Assembly (NCBI GenBank): GCA_964581295.1
Contig: CAZONX010000003.1
Span: 2,406 to 66,405 of the forward strand
From: an uncultured Acidimicrobiaceae bacterium
GTDB taxonomy: Bacteria; Actinomycetota; Acidimicrobiia; Spongiisociales; UBA5794
Length of the DNA: 64,000 bases
Reading direction: 5' to 3'
This document shows positions 35,161 to 44,819 of this stretch, piece after piece. Made by a program: the position numbers and the translations under genes. Below the pieces are notes generated by a model. The model ran no database searches. It was not told where the DNA came from and saw nothing but the letters and a program-made list of their open reading frames with translations. Position 1 is the stretch's first letter, and every line of letters starts with the position of its first letter.

Positions 35161-35309
35161 CAGCCCAACCTAGGGGCATCTGGATTCCCCGTCGACCGGG
35201 GGCGCGCCTCGACACCTGCAGGTTCCGCCGTTCTTGCAGAGCCTGCCCACCCGGAGCCGTCCTAGATTCTGAGGATGAAGACCACGCCGGTGCCGCCACG
35301 AGTGCTGCC

Positions 35310-36418
35310 GTGACCGACCTCCAGCGTCTGATCTCCGGGTTCTACTTCGTCTACTACGCATCCGCAGCGGTCCTCATCCCTAACCTGCCGTTGATCTTCG
35401 ACGATGCCGGCTATAGCGGGAGCCAGATCGGCTGGCTGCTGGCCCTTCCTCCGGTGATGTCGATCGTCGCGGCACCAACCTGGGGCGCACTCGCCGACGC
35501 GACCGGTCGCGGCCGCACGCTTCTCGCGATCGCTCTCATTGGCGCCGGCGCCTCCGCCCTGGCGCTCGGGGTGAGTTCGACCTACATGGCAACCGTCGCC
35601 GTCATGGTCGTGTTCGCCCTCACGCTCGCACCGGTGGTGCCGTTCACCGATGCGGCGTCCATCGAAGCCATTGACGACAGCAGCCGGTACGGGAGACTGC
35701 GTCTCTGGGGGGCAGTCGGATGGGCCATCGACCGCACGAGCCTCGCCCTGGCCCTGTGCTGTTCGCCGCAGGCATGGTGATCCTCCTCGCCATGACTCGG
35801 CCGATGCCAATGGCCAGCCGCCACCCCCGCCTTGCCGGGGCGCTGGGTCGAGCCCTCTCGAACTCGAGAGCGTGGGCTCCGCTTCTCGGCGGTGCCCTCG
35901 TCGCCGGCATCACCGCGGGAACGATCATCGGCTACCTCTTCCTCCCCCTTCGATCGCTCGGCGCATCCGCATTGACGATGGGGCTGGCGCTCGTGATCGC
36001 CACGGCCAGCGAGATCGTCGCGTTTTCGATGGCCGATCGCGTCATTCGCCGGCTGGGGATCGGTAGAACGCTGCTGCTCGGGATCGGTGCGGGAGTTGTC
36101 CGCCTGTTGATCTTTGGCTTGGTCCCAACAATCGGATGGGCGCTGGTAACCCAGTTGCTGCACGGCTTCACCTTCTCTCTCCCCCTCTCTGCGGGGGTGA
36201 TGGGCGCAGCGAAGCTCTCTCCGAAAGGGCTCGGTACCACCGGCCAAGGCGTCTTCTCCGCTGTCTTTCTCGGTCTCGGACCAACCGTCGGGGTGATCCT
36301 GGCCGGCTACCTGCTCGGCCAGACGTCCGAGCAGACAATGATGCTCACGATGGCCATCGTCGTGCTGGTCGCGGGAGCGATCGTCGCTCTCCCGTTGCTG
36401 CGCTCGAGCGAACTCTGA
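35310..36418 (+). pseudogene. MFS transporter split by a -1 frameshift near 35750 (pseudogene or sequencing error)
   Basis: Track ORFs 35310..35780 (N-terminal 5-6 TM) and 35720..36418 (C-terminal 6 TM) are the two halves of one MFS protein in different frames. Joining at …SLALAL|VLFAAGMVILLAM… restores a plausible TM6. Confidence 0.55.
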
Positions 36419-36513
36419 GATCGCTCTCGTCGCCCGACCACGGGAACTGCGAGGACATCCGCGCCGCGCGGCGATTCAGTCGCTAGCGTTGGACGGGGGA
36501 ACGGTGTTCGAGG

Positions 36514-38007
36514 ATGCTACGCAACGACGGATCCCAGGACGAAGCCACCGTTATCGACCTCATCGGTGATGGTCAGCGAGGTGGCGCACCTGCGACCCAA
36601 GCCCGCATCCGCCACTCGTTCGAACACCTGTTGGATGCGTTCGCAGCGTTCACCGCAGTGCGCGACAAGACCGGTCGAATCGTCGACTTCCGTGTGGACT
36701 ACGCGAACGATGCGGCCCGTTTCGTCACCGATGAAACTGCCCACCGACCGGGAGCCGAAGAGCCTGGTGAGTCGCTTGTCGATCACTACAAGCGGGAGCT
36801 GTTCGACGAATTCTGCGACGTCGTGGAGACGGGCGACCCGCTGGCAACACAGTCGTTGGATCACATCGACTCCCGGGACGGCGACAGGCGCGTGCTGCGT
36901 GCATTCGAGGTCCGTGCCGAACGGGTGGGCGACGGGTTGGCAGTTGTGTGGCGGGACGTGACCGCACATGTGCTCCTGGAAGTGGAACTCGGGCGGCGCA
37001 ATCGGGAACTGACTCTGGTCGGCGAGATGGTCGAATATCTCCAGGCGGCAGAATCGTCGGAAGAGGTGTTTGAGGTCGCGGCGAGCTTCGGTGCGCGGTT
37101 GTTCGGGGACTTCCCGGGTGGGCTGCTCGTGCAGAACGAGTCGGGAACCGCCGTGGAGGCCGCTGCCTCGTGGGGAGAGAGCATCTGGGGAGACCAGGTG
37201 TTTGAACCGGGACGCTGCTGGGCGCTGCGACGCGGCCGGCGGCACGGAAGTCTCGTCCGAACCGAACCCTTGCGCTGTGCTCACGCGGCGAACACCAAGG
37301 ACGCCGTGTTGTGCATCCCGCTGATCGCCCAGGGAACGGCGATCGGCCTGCTCGTGCTTTCAGCGCTTGCCGGTGCCGGCCGGGCTGCGGCGGCACCCTC
37401 GGCAACGGCAACCGAGGCCCTCGCTCTCTCGGTGTGCGAGCACCTTGGGTTGGCCCTCACGAACATTCGTCTGCGCGAGACCCTGCGTAACCAGTCGATC
37501 AGAGATCCCCTCACCGGCCTCTTCAACCTCCGCTACCTCGAAGAGACGCTCGAACGAGAGATCAGCCGGTGTGAGCGCAGCGACAAGCCGCTCGGATTGA
37601 TGATGATAGATATCGACAACTTCAAGGCGTTCAACGACACGTTCGGGCACCCGGGTGGCGATGCATTGCTGGTTGAACTCGGCGCACTGCTCGATCGGGT
37701 CACGCGGGTCGAGGATGCGGCGTGCCGCTACGGCGGAGACGAGTTCGTCGTGCTGCTTCCGGAAAGCACCCTCGAGGTGACGCTCCGCCGGGCCGAGGAT
37801 ATCCGACGAGCCGCGGACCGGTTCAGCATCGCTCATGACGGCTCCGTCCTGAGCGCGGTGTCTCTCACGGTCGGGGTCGCGATGTATCCCGATCATGGGG
37901 CCGACATGGCCGAACTGCTCCGCGCGGCCGACGAGGCGCTGTACGAGGCCAAGCACGCAGGCGGCGACCGCGTGCAGGTCGCTCAGGCGCCGGCCGACGA
38001 CTCGTAG
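36514..38007 (+). CDS. diguanylate cyclase (GGDEF) with N-terminal PAS-like and GAF sensor domains
   Basis: C-terminal GGDEF domain (…RDPLTGLFNLRYLEETLE…MIDIDNFKAFNDTFGHPGGDALL…RYGGDEFVVLL…). A GAF-like region precedes it (…LIAQGTAIGLLVLSA…). N-terminal PAS-like segment. Confidence 0.85.
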   Translation: MLRNDGSQDEATVIDLIGDGQRGGAPATQARIRHSFEHLLDAFAAFTAVRDKTGRIVDFRVDYANDAARFVTDETAHRPGAEEPGESLVDHYKRELFDEFCDVVETGDPLATQSLDHIDSRDGDRRVLRAFEVRAERVGDGLAVVWRDVTAHVLLEVELGRRNRELTLVGEMVEYLQAAESSEEVFEVAASFGARLFGDFPGGLLVQNESGTAVEAAASWGESIWGDQVFEPGRCWALRRGRRHGSLVRTEPLRCAHAANTKDAVLCIPLIAQGTAIGLLVLSALAGAGRAAAAPSATATEALALSVCEHLGLALTNIRLRETLRNQSIRDPLTGLFNLRYLEETLEREISRCERSDKPLGLMMIDIDNFKAFNDTFGHPGGDALLVELGALLDRVTRVEDAACRYGGDEFVVLLPESTLEVTLRRAEDIRRAADRFSIAHDGSVLSAVSLTVGVAMYPDHGADMAELLRAADEALYEAKHAGGDRVQVAQAPADDS

Positions 38008-38158
38008 GTCCGGCACGCTCACGCAGGCGATCCCGCGACGTGGCACGCGCCCTCGTCGCTCAAGATGCGGAGCCTGAACGCTGGTTGCCGAGATCACCGG
38101 GCAGAGGTACTCGAACCGACGAGCGCAGTCGGCTGTCGAACGGCTCGAGCGAGACCGC

Positions 38159-39313
38159 TCAGGGCTGCGCGGGAAGCACCCTTCGTACGAACCGGTCGAA
38201 GTGGGGGATGGCGAACTCCACCCATCCATAGCGGGGGGCGTATATCAGGCCCTCGTCAATCAGCCGATCTCGGAATGCTGCCACCTGCGGAGTCGACTTG
38301 CCACCAGCGGCGGCAACTTCCCCCGACCGGTGCGGGCCGGCGCCGAGCGACGCCAGCCCCTGCACGTAGGCGACTTCCGAAGCCGGGATGCGTGCGATTC
38401 GAGCGGCAAAGAACGAAGAATCAAGGGCGTGGTCGACGTTCGGCTCGGCTCGCTCTACGTCGGCAGCCGAGATCGGATCGCCGATGGCGGCGTTCCAGGT
38501 GTGATAGGCCCACGTCTGGACGAAGAAGGGGAAGCCATCCGAGTGGTCGACGATCAGCTCGGTCGCCTCGAGAGACCAGGACACCCCGATCTCTTCGGCT
38601 GGCTCGACGATCGCCTGAACCACCTGATCCGGCGTGAGCGGCCCGAGATCAGCGACGGTGAACATCCGCTCGGCGTACGTCGCCGCTTTGGCCACCTCGC
38701 CGATCAGATTGGGGAGTCCTGCGAGGAGGAAGTACAACGGGAGACCGTCCTGGCTGCATCGGTGCACCCCGGCGAGCAGCCGCCGCAGGTCGTGGCGGTC
38801 GAGCATCTGGGCCTCGTCGATGGCCAGCATCACACCAAGGCCCTCGTCTGCCGCCACCGCGGCGAGATCGACCAGAACGTCGGCGAGGGCCTCCCGGTCG
38901 GAGCGGCCGACCCGCCGCTCAACGGCGACACCGGTGCCGACGACCGTGAGCGAGACCGACTCGATCGAGCGCAGAGCTCGACCGACCTTCGCACCACCGT
39001 CGAACTCGTCAACGATGCGGCGAGCCTGACGCAGAATGCTCCGAATGGTGTCGTCACCGCCAACGGCTTCGACACGAATGACCCGATAGCCAACGTGCTC
39101 GCCGACGGCCGCCAGTTTGCCGAGCAACACCGTCTTGCCGACGCCGCGCAACCCGGTGATGAGCATGTGCTGGCTGGCGCGAGCCGACTTCAGGCGGCGC
39201 AGACCGACGTTGGCGATACCAATAATCTGGTCGCGGCCAACGAGCGCGGGCGGAGGAGTCCCCGCCCCCGGTGCGTAGGGGTTCGCGACCGGGTCGTACA
39301 GTTCACCTGACAT
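38159..39313 (-). CDS. AAA+ ATPase (AAA_16 / Arch_ATPase-like ATP-binding protein)
   Basis: Walker A GLRGVGKT, Walker B MLAIDEAQ, ~384 aa. Confidence 0.7.
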   Translation of the reverse strand: MSGELYDPVANPYAPGAGTPPPALVGRDQIIGIANVGLRRLKSARASQHMLITGLRGVGKTVLLGKLAAVGEHVGYRVIRVEAVGGDDTIRSILRQARRIVDEFDGGAKVGRALRSIESVSLTVVGTGVAVERRVGRSDREALADVLVDLAAVAADEGLGVMLAIDEAQMLDRHDLRRLLAGVHRCSQDGLPLYFLLAGLPNLIGEVAKAATYAERMFTVADLGPLTPDQVVQAIVEPAEEIGVSWSLEATELIVDHSDGFPFFVQTWAYHTWNAAIGDPISAADVERAEPNVDHALDSSFFAARIARIPASEVAYVQGLASLGAGPHRSGEVAAAGGKSTPQVAAFRDRLIDEGLIYAPRYGWVEFAIPHFDRFVRRVLPAQP

Positions 39314-39759
39314 GCCGCCACTTTAACAACATCTGTCAAACATGAGGCGGTTCCGTTGAACCTGGTGCGCACGTACCTCGTCGCATCCCGCGTACTACGG
39401 ATTCCGGTAGTGGATGAGGTGACTCCCGCGTCCGGCATCACCGTGGCAATGGCGGAACGGCTAGGAGGTCGGCATGGTTCGGTGGTTGATGCATCTTGCG
39501 GTCTTTGAGGTCGTCGAAGGGGCAGGCGCCGGGGTCTCCGCCACAGCAGGGGCGACGGTTGGCAGCGTTGCAGTCTCGACCTCCAGCACGACATCAGCTG
39601 CGGGGCTCGCAACGGTAGACGGTGCAGTAGCAATCACGATGGCGGCGGCTTGGCCTTTGAGACGGTCGATGGGGGGCGTATCCGGGTATCTTCAGCAGGT
39701 CGAAGGCGGATCGCCACGTGTGGACATCACGCCCCTGGATGTCACACAGCCACGATGAC

Positions 39760-41034
39760 ATGGAGCCGCCGTTGAGTATCGACTTCCTGACCAGAAACAA
39801 GACCTTCTTCGGCTGGCGCATGGTCGCGCTTGCCGCCGTCACGGGGGCGCTGACCGGTCCGGGTCAGACCATCGGTGTCAGCGTCTTCATCGATCACTTC
39901 ATCGCGGATCTCGGGATCACCCGATCCGGGGTGTCGATGGCCTACCTCATCGGCACGCTCGGAGCAGCCCTCGTGCTGCCAATGATCGGCAACCGCATCG
40001 ACCGGGTCGGTGTGCGGCGAGCGATGACGATGATCGCCATCGTGTTCGGCATCGCGCTCGTCGGCATGGCCGGCGTCAACGGACTCGTCGCTTTGACGGT
40101 CGGGTTCTTCGCCATTCGCCTCTTCGGACAAGGATCCCTCTCGCTCGCCAGCACCCTTGCGGTCACACACTGGTTCGAGGCCAAGCGCGGCCTGGCCCTC
40201 GGGATCGCGGCAACGGGTATGGGCATCCTGATGAGCCTCGTTCCCGTGGTCCTCAATGTCGTCATCGAGGCATACAGTTGGCGAACGGCATGGATCGTGG
40301 CAGCCGTGCTGGTGTGGGTGATCGTGATCCCGATCGCCCAGTGGGGTCTCATCGACCGCCCGTCGGACGTCGGCCAGTATCCCGATGGCGTGGCGCCAAA
40401 CACCGATGACGGGAACCCTGCCGCAACAGAGCCATCGGCCACGCGCGGAGAAGCGATCAGGACCTCCCGGTTCTGGATCGTTGCAATCTCCTCAGCCACC
40501 GGCGGCCTGCTGTCGACCGCCTTGAACTTCCACCAGATCTCAATGCTCGGCGATGCCGGGCTGAGTGCCACCGAGGCCGCCGCGATGTTCCTCCCGCAAG
40601 TCATCGGAACTGCGATCGCCGGCGTGCTCTTTGGGTATCTGGCCGACCGACTCACAGGACGCATCCTCATCCCCCTGGTGATGGGCATGCTCGTGCTCAG
40701 CCTCCTGCTCACCCTGGTGCTTGCGCCCGGCACTGCCGTAATCCTCTATGCCATCACCCTCGGTGCCGCCGGCGGCGCATCGCGCACCGTGACCGCGACA
40801 CTGCTCCCCCGGTGGTTCGGTGTCGGCCACATCGGAGCAATCCAGGGCACGGCGACACTCATCGCGGTCGCATCGACGGCTGTTGGGCCGGTGATGTTCT
40901 CAATCGCCAGGGACACCACGGGCAGCTACGGAGTCGCGGCGGCCTGGTTCGCTCTGATTCCCATCGCTGTCGCCATCCTCGCGACGACGATGAAACCGGT
41001 CCCGATCGATCGTCACCACGCTGAGACCTCGTAG
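39760..41034 (+). CDS. MFS transporter (12 TM)
   Basis: Hydropathy and MFS-like motifs (…GNRIDRVGVRRAM…). Start uncertain: 39718, 39739 or 39760. Confidence 0.75.
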   Translation: MEPPLSIDFLTRNKTFFGWRMVALAAVTGALTGPGQTIGVSVFIDHFIADLGITRSGVSMAYLIGTLGAALVLPMIGNRIDRVGVRRAMTMIAIVFGIALVGMAGVNGLVALTVGFFAIRLFGQGSLSLASTLAVTHWFEAKRGLALGIAATGMGILMSLVPVVLNVVIEAYSWRTAWIVAAVLVWVIVIPIAQWGLIDRPSDVGQYPDGVAPNTDDGNPAATEPSATRGEAIRTSRFWIVAISSATGGLLSTALNFHQISMLGDAGLSATEAAAMFLPQVIGTAIAGVLFGYLADRLTGRILIPLVMGMLVLSLLLTLVLAPGTAVILYAITLGAAGGASRTVTATLLPRWFGVGHIGAIQGTATLIAVASTAVGPVMFSIARDTTGSYGVAAAWFALIPIAVAILATTMKPVPIDRHHAETS

Positions 41035-41170
41035 CCACAGAGTCGCGGAGCGCGGATCCGAGGTCGCAGTACGTCCGATGGCCGAGCGCCCGATTCGGCG
41101 ATGCGAATTTGGAATAGTCGGGACAGCTATGCATGTCGACCGTGATCTCTGAAGAACGAGGCTTGACACG

Positions 41171-41186
41171 GAGTGAACGTTCACTC
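41171..41186. promoter_or_regulatory. 16-bp perfect palindrome GAGTGAACGTTCACTC, candidate TetR operator, overlapping a TTGACA -35-like hexamer (41162-41167) upstream of the SDR-TetR operon
   Basis: Read directly from the sequence. Lies 18-33 nt upstream of the SDR start codon. Confidence 0.5.
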
Positions 41187-41203
41187 ACAAGGAGTCACCC
41201 ACC

Positions 41204-42151
41204 ATGGCATGGACCGCAACCGACATCCCCGACCTGACGGGGAAGATCGCCGTTGTCACCGGAGCAAACGGGGGCCTCGGCCTCGAGACCGCCAAGGCAC
41301 TGGCCGGCGCCGGCGGCCACGTTGTCATGGCCGTCCGCAACCAGGAGAAGGCACAGGCGGCCTTCGACGAGATCAAGGCCAGCTACCCCGATGCATCCCT
41401 CGAGATCGTTGAACTCGACCTCGGATCTCAGGAATCAACGAAGGCTGCGGCCGAGACGATCGCTAAACGGCACCCCACCGTCGACCTTCTCATCAACAAC
41501 GCCGGCCTGATGGCCATGCCCGAGCGCCGCACGGAAGACGGCTTCGAAATGCAGTTCGGCGTCAACCATCTCGGTCACTGGACGTTCACCGCTGGGCTGC
41601 TCCCCTCCCTGCTCGCGGCTGATTCCGCCCGGGTCGTGACGGTCACGAGCACCGCGCATCACATGGGCCGTGCGGTGGATCCCGACAACGTCAATATGGA
41701 CGACAAGTACTCGGCATGGGGCGCCTACGGCCGCGCCAAACTCGCCAACTACGACTTCGGTATCGGTCTCCAGCGCGAGTTTGCCACGCGGGGGTTGAAA
41801 GCACAGAGCCTCATCGCCCACCCGGGTCTCTCGCATACGAACCTGCAGGTCCACACGGTCGAGCAAGGCGGCGGTGGTGCTACGGGGTCGTTCTGGGCGT
41901 GGATGGCTGAGCACACCGGCATGTCGGCGGCAGACGGGGCCCTCCCCCAGCTGATGGCCGCCACGGATCCCGACGCAGACGGTGGGGAGTTCTACGGACC
42001 ACGCTGGGTCAACAACGGCGCCCCGGTCCGCAAACCGGTCCTCCGCCGAGGCACCGACTCGCGCATCGAAACGCTCTGGGCGGTCTCGGAGCGCGAGACC
42101 GGCGTGACACTCGACTTCGGAGACGCCGGGGAGGCCGGGGAGGCCACATGA
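41204..42151 (+). CDS. SDR-family oxidoreductase (classical short-chain dehydrogenase, retinol-DH/WW-domain-oxidoreductase-like)
   Basis: TGANGGLG cofactor motif, NNAG, catalytic Y-x3-K (YGRAK). RBS AAGGAG. Confidence 0.85.
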   Translation: MAWTATDIPDLTGKIAVVTGANGGLGLETAKALAGAGGHVVMAVRNQEKAQAAFDEIKASYPDASLEIVELDLGSQESTKAAAETIAKRHPTVDLLINNAGLMAMPERRTEDGFEMQFGVNHLGHWTFTAGLLPSLLAADSARVVTVTSTAHHMGRAVDPDNVNMDDKYSAWGAYGRAKLANYDFGIGLQREFATRGLKAQSLIAHPGLSHTNLQVHTVEQGGGGATGSFWAWMAEHTGMSAADGALPQLMAATDPDADGGEFYGPRWVNNGAPVRKPVLRRGTDSRIETLWAVSERETGVTLDFGDAGEAGEAT

Positions 42152-42705
42152 CACCCGCCATGGATCGTCCTGCGGCCATTCGGCGGGCGCTCCGCGACCT
42201 CGTGGCGGAGCGGGGCTTCCACGGGGCCTCCATGGGGGCCGTTGCAAAGGAAGCAGGAGTCGCGACCGGCACTGCCTACGTCCACTACGAGTCGAAGGAC
42301 GAGCTCGTCTTCGCGACGTACCTCGAGATCAAGGCCTCGTTGGGTGAGGTTGTCCTCGAGGGATTCGACAGCGAGGCGGTCCCGGAAGAGAAGTGGAGCC
42401 ACCTGCTCAACGCGGCATACCGCTTCTTCGAGGAAGAGCCAGAGCGCGCACGGTTCCTCACGCAACTCGAGGAGTCGCCGTACTACGAGGAGGCCCACGC
42501 TCGCCATCTGGCGTCGGGCGACCCGCTGTCAGCCGCCGTTCAGAGCGAGGAGTTCATGGAACTCATCGTTGATCTGCCCGGCGAGGTCATCTACGCCCTC
42601 TCCCTGGGAGTGGCCGTGCGCCTCGTAGCCGCAGGCACACGGCTGAAGGACGAAGAACTCGACACCCTCGTCACCGCCACCTGGCGGGCCGTAACCCGTC
42701 CATAG
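42148..42705 (+). CDS. TetR/AcrR-family transcriptional regulator
   Basis: N-terminal HTH (…ERGFHGASMGAVAKEAGVATGTAYVHYESKDEL…). ATGA-coupled to the SDR gene. Confidence 0.85.
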   Translation: MTPAMDRPAAIRRALRDLVAERGFHGASMGAVAKEAGVATGTAYVHYESKDELVFATYLEIKASLGEVVLEGFDSEAVPEEKWSHLLNAAYRFFEEEPERARFLTQLEESPYYEEAHARHLASGDPLSAAVQSEEFMELIVDLPGEVIYALSLGVAVRLVAAGTRLKDEELDTLVTATWRAVTRP

Positions 42706-43002
42706 GACGACAACAACTGTTCGGGGGGGTATTGCCGCCCGTATCTGAACGCAGGGACGACTAGCTGGAGGTAGCTGATTCCTCTACGACCTCCACCTCG
42801 GACGCGATGGCTTCGGGGGTGATCGCGAGACCTTCAACTTCTTCGATCCGACCCAGTGGCTGAACTTCGACAATGACGTGTGGCGGTGTTCGCTTCCGAA
42901 GAACTCGAAGTAGGCAGAAGGAACAACCGGTGCCGACAAGTGGCACCGCGTTGGCCGTGGCAGGTTTGTGCTCATCGGTCAGGAAACGACCGAGCCGGCC
43001 GG

Positions 43003-43698
43003 CTACCCGCTGCCTGGTGTTGCCTCGGCTGGTTGGAGTTCGCCATCGAGAATCTCGACGGTTCGGTCGGTGTATTCGACCATCCTCAAGTCATGGGTGA
43101 CCATGATCCCGGCCTTGCCGCGGCTCTTGATCTCGGATGCGAGGAGCTTCACCACCTGGGTACCGAGCTCCGTATCCAGCGAAGCCGTCGGTTCGTCCAC
43201 GAGAATGAGGTCGGGATCGGTCACCAGCGCCCGCCCAATCGCCACTCGCTGGCGTTCGCCACCGGAGAGTTGTTCCGGGAGGTTGTCGCTGCGGTCGCTC
43301 AGTCCAAGTTCGTCGAGTAGCTGGTCGGCTCGTTGCCCGATCTCGTCTCGACCGGCATCAGATATCGACGCCATCACGGTCATGTTCTCTCGGGCGGTCA
43401 GGAACGGGACCAGATTGAAGCCCTGGAACACGAATCCGACCCGATTGGCCCGAAACCGCGTCTGGTCCTTCTTTGAGAGGTCGGTCAGCAGGGTGTTCCC
43501 GATGGTCACCGTTCCCGAGGTCGGGGCAAGCAGACCGCCGATGACCGAAAGCAGCGTGGTCTTGCCCGAGCCGGATGGTCCCAGGAGCGCCAGGAATTCG
43601 TTGTCGTAGAGCTCGAGGCTGGCATCGCACAGGGCCCTCACCCGCGTGCGGCCCTCTCCGTACACCTTGGTGACATCGTTGACGGTCATGGCGTTCAT
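43003..43698 (-). CDS. ABC transporter ATP-binding protein (MacB/LolD/FtsE-like)
   Basis: Walker A GPSGSGKTT, signature LSGGERQR, Walker B LILVDEPTASLD. Confidence 0.85.
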   Translation of the reverse strand: MNAMTVNDVTKVYGEGRTRVRALCDASLELYDNEFLALLGPSGSGKTTLLSVIGGLLAPTSGTVTIGNTLLTDLSKKDQTRFRANRVGFVFQGFNLVPFLTARENMTVMASISDAGRDEIGQRADQLLDELGLSDRSDNLPEQLSGGERQRVAIGRALVTDPDLILVDEPTASLDTELGTQVVKLLASEIKSRGKAGIMVTHDLRMVEYTDRTVEILDGELQPAEATPGSG

Positions 43699-44819
43699 GC
43701 CTCACCTCCGAGAGCGGCTGCGGGATCAATTCGAATAATGCGCCGGAACGAGAAGAGCGCCCCGACGGCGCCCATCAGAATGGTTGCAGCAAAGAGCGAT
43801 AGTGCAGTTCCTGTGAGGAACTCGACGGGAACGGAGGCGGGAAGGGCAAGAGCGAGAAGACGCGACAGCGCCCAGCCGACAACGTACCCGGCCACGGTGG
43901 CAATGATCGCCTGGACGAGAACTCCTTGGAGGAGGAAGCGGTTTGATGAGCCAATCGCCTTGAGAATCGCGAACTGGCCTCGCTTCTCGAGGGTGATCAG
44001 TGCGAAGAAGAGGGCGATCACGATGCCTACAACAACGAAGCTGACGACGATGATCGCGGTGAACGTCGACCGCTGCTGGTCGACCCCCGGCAGCGACAGG
44101 ACGGCCTCATCCTTCGAGACAGTTTCGGTCGTCCCGAGTGCCTCGTCGATGGCGGTGCCGACGGACGCGACGGTCATGTCTGGTTCCAGGAGAATCGGAA
44201 AGGCCTGAGCAACCGGGCCCCGTCCGATCGTTTCGGGACGTACTTCGAGTCGGAGGGACTGCCACGTCTCCAGGGGAACCCAGACGGTTGCAGCCAAGAG
44301 ATACCGTGCGTTTTCGACGAAACCGACGATCTCGACTGGCTGCGACGAATCCGTGAGTGTGACCGAGTCACCCAGCGAAATGCCTTGATCCCGAAGGGAG
44401 ACGTCGGCAACCGCGACGAACGGTTCGTCGGGAGCCGGGCGCCGGCCTTCGACCAGCTGGGTCGGCTCGCCAGCGTGACCAGGAATGTGGCCCATCACGG
44501 CAATGTCAAACGCATCGCCGTCGGCGGCCGCGGTCGCCAGGAGGACACCAAGCGCCCCGACGTCGGCAACCCCATCGACCGCTGCTACCTCGGCAAGGTC
44601 GGACAGCGGCAGTTCGCTCCGCACGAGAGAGCGGCGACCGTCGATCGAGTACACGAGTGCATCAGAGTCTCCCGTCTGCAGGGCGCCTGCCGTGCCGACG
44701 AAGAGGCCGTCGGCAAGTGCAGCGAGGACGAGAACGAGGAACACGATGAAACCGACCGCACCAATGACCGATCCCCAGCGACTCCGTCTACGGCGGATCT
44801 CGGCGAGAGCGAGTTCCAT
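43695..44819 (-). CDS. ABC transporter permease (FtsX-like/MacB-type, 4 TM with periplasmic domain)
   Basis: N-terminal TM, large extracytoplasmic domain, C-terminal 3 TM. Overlaps the ATPase gene by 4 nt. Confidence 0.75.
   Translation of the reverse strand: MELALAEIRRRRSRWGSVIGAVGFIVFLVLVLAALADGLFVGTAGALQTGDSDALVYSIDGRRSLVRSELPLSDLAEVAAVDGVADVGALGVLLATAAADGDAFDIAVMGHIPGHAGEPTQLVEGRRPAPDEPFVAVADVSLRDQGISLGDSVTLTDSSQPVEIVGFVENARYLLAATVWVPLETWQSLRLEVRPETIGRGPVAQAFPILLEPDMTVASVGTAIDEALGTTETVSKDEAVLSLPGVDQQRSTFTAIIVVSFVVVGIVIALFFALITLEKRGQFAILKAIGSSNRFLLQGVLVQAIIATVAGYVVGWALSRLLALALPASVPVEFLTGTALSLFAATILMGAVGALFSFRRIIRIDPAAALGGEA

Noticed and set aside
35161-35309. SigR-type promoter (GGAAT-N18-GTT) in front of the candidate Sec-peroxiredoxin
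   Set aside because: Only GGAAT-N14-GTT is present. The spacer is too short and the GTT sits 8 nt from the ATG.
42761-42946. 61-aa ORF (…GTGCSFCLL…acidic tail) downstream of the MacB/FtsX ABC exporter, considered as a possible exported peptide or RiPP precursor
   Set aside because: GTG start without a convincing RBS. Third-position GC ~55%, far below neighbouring genes. It lies in a convergent intergenic gap. No recognisable leader or core features.
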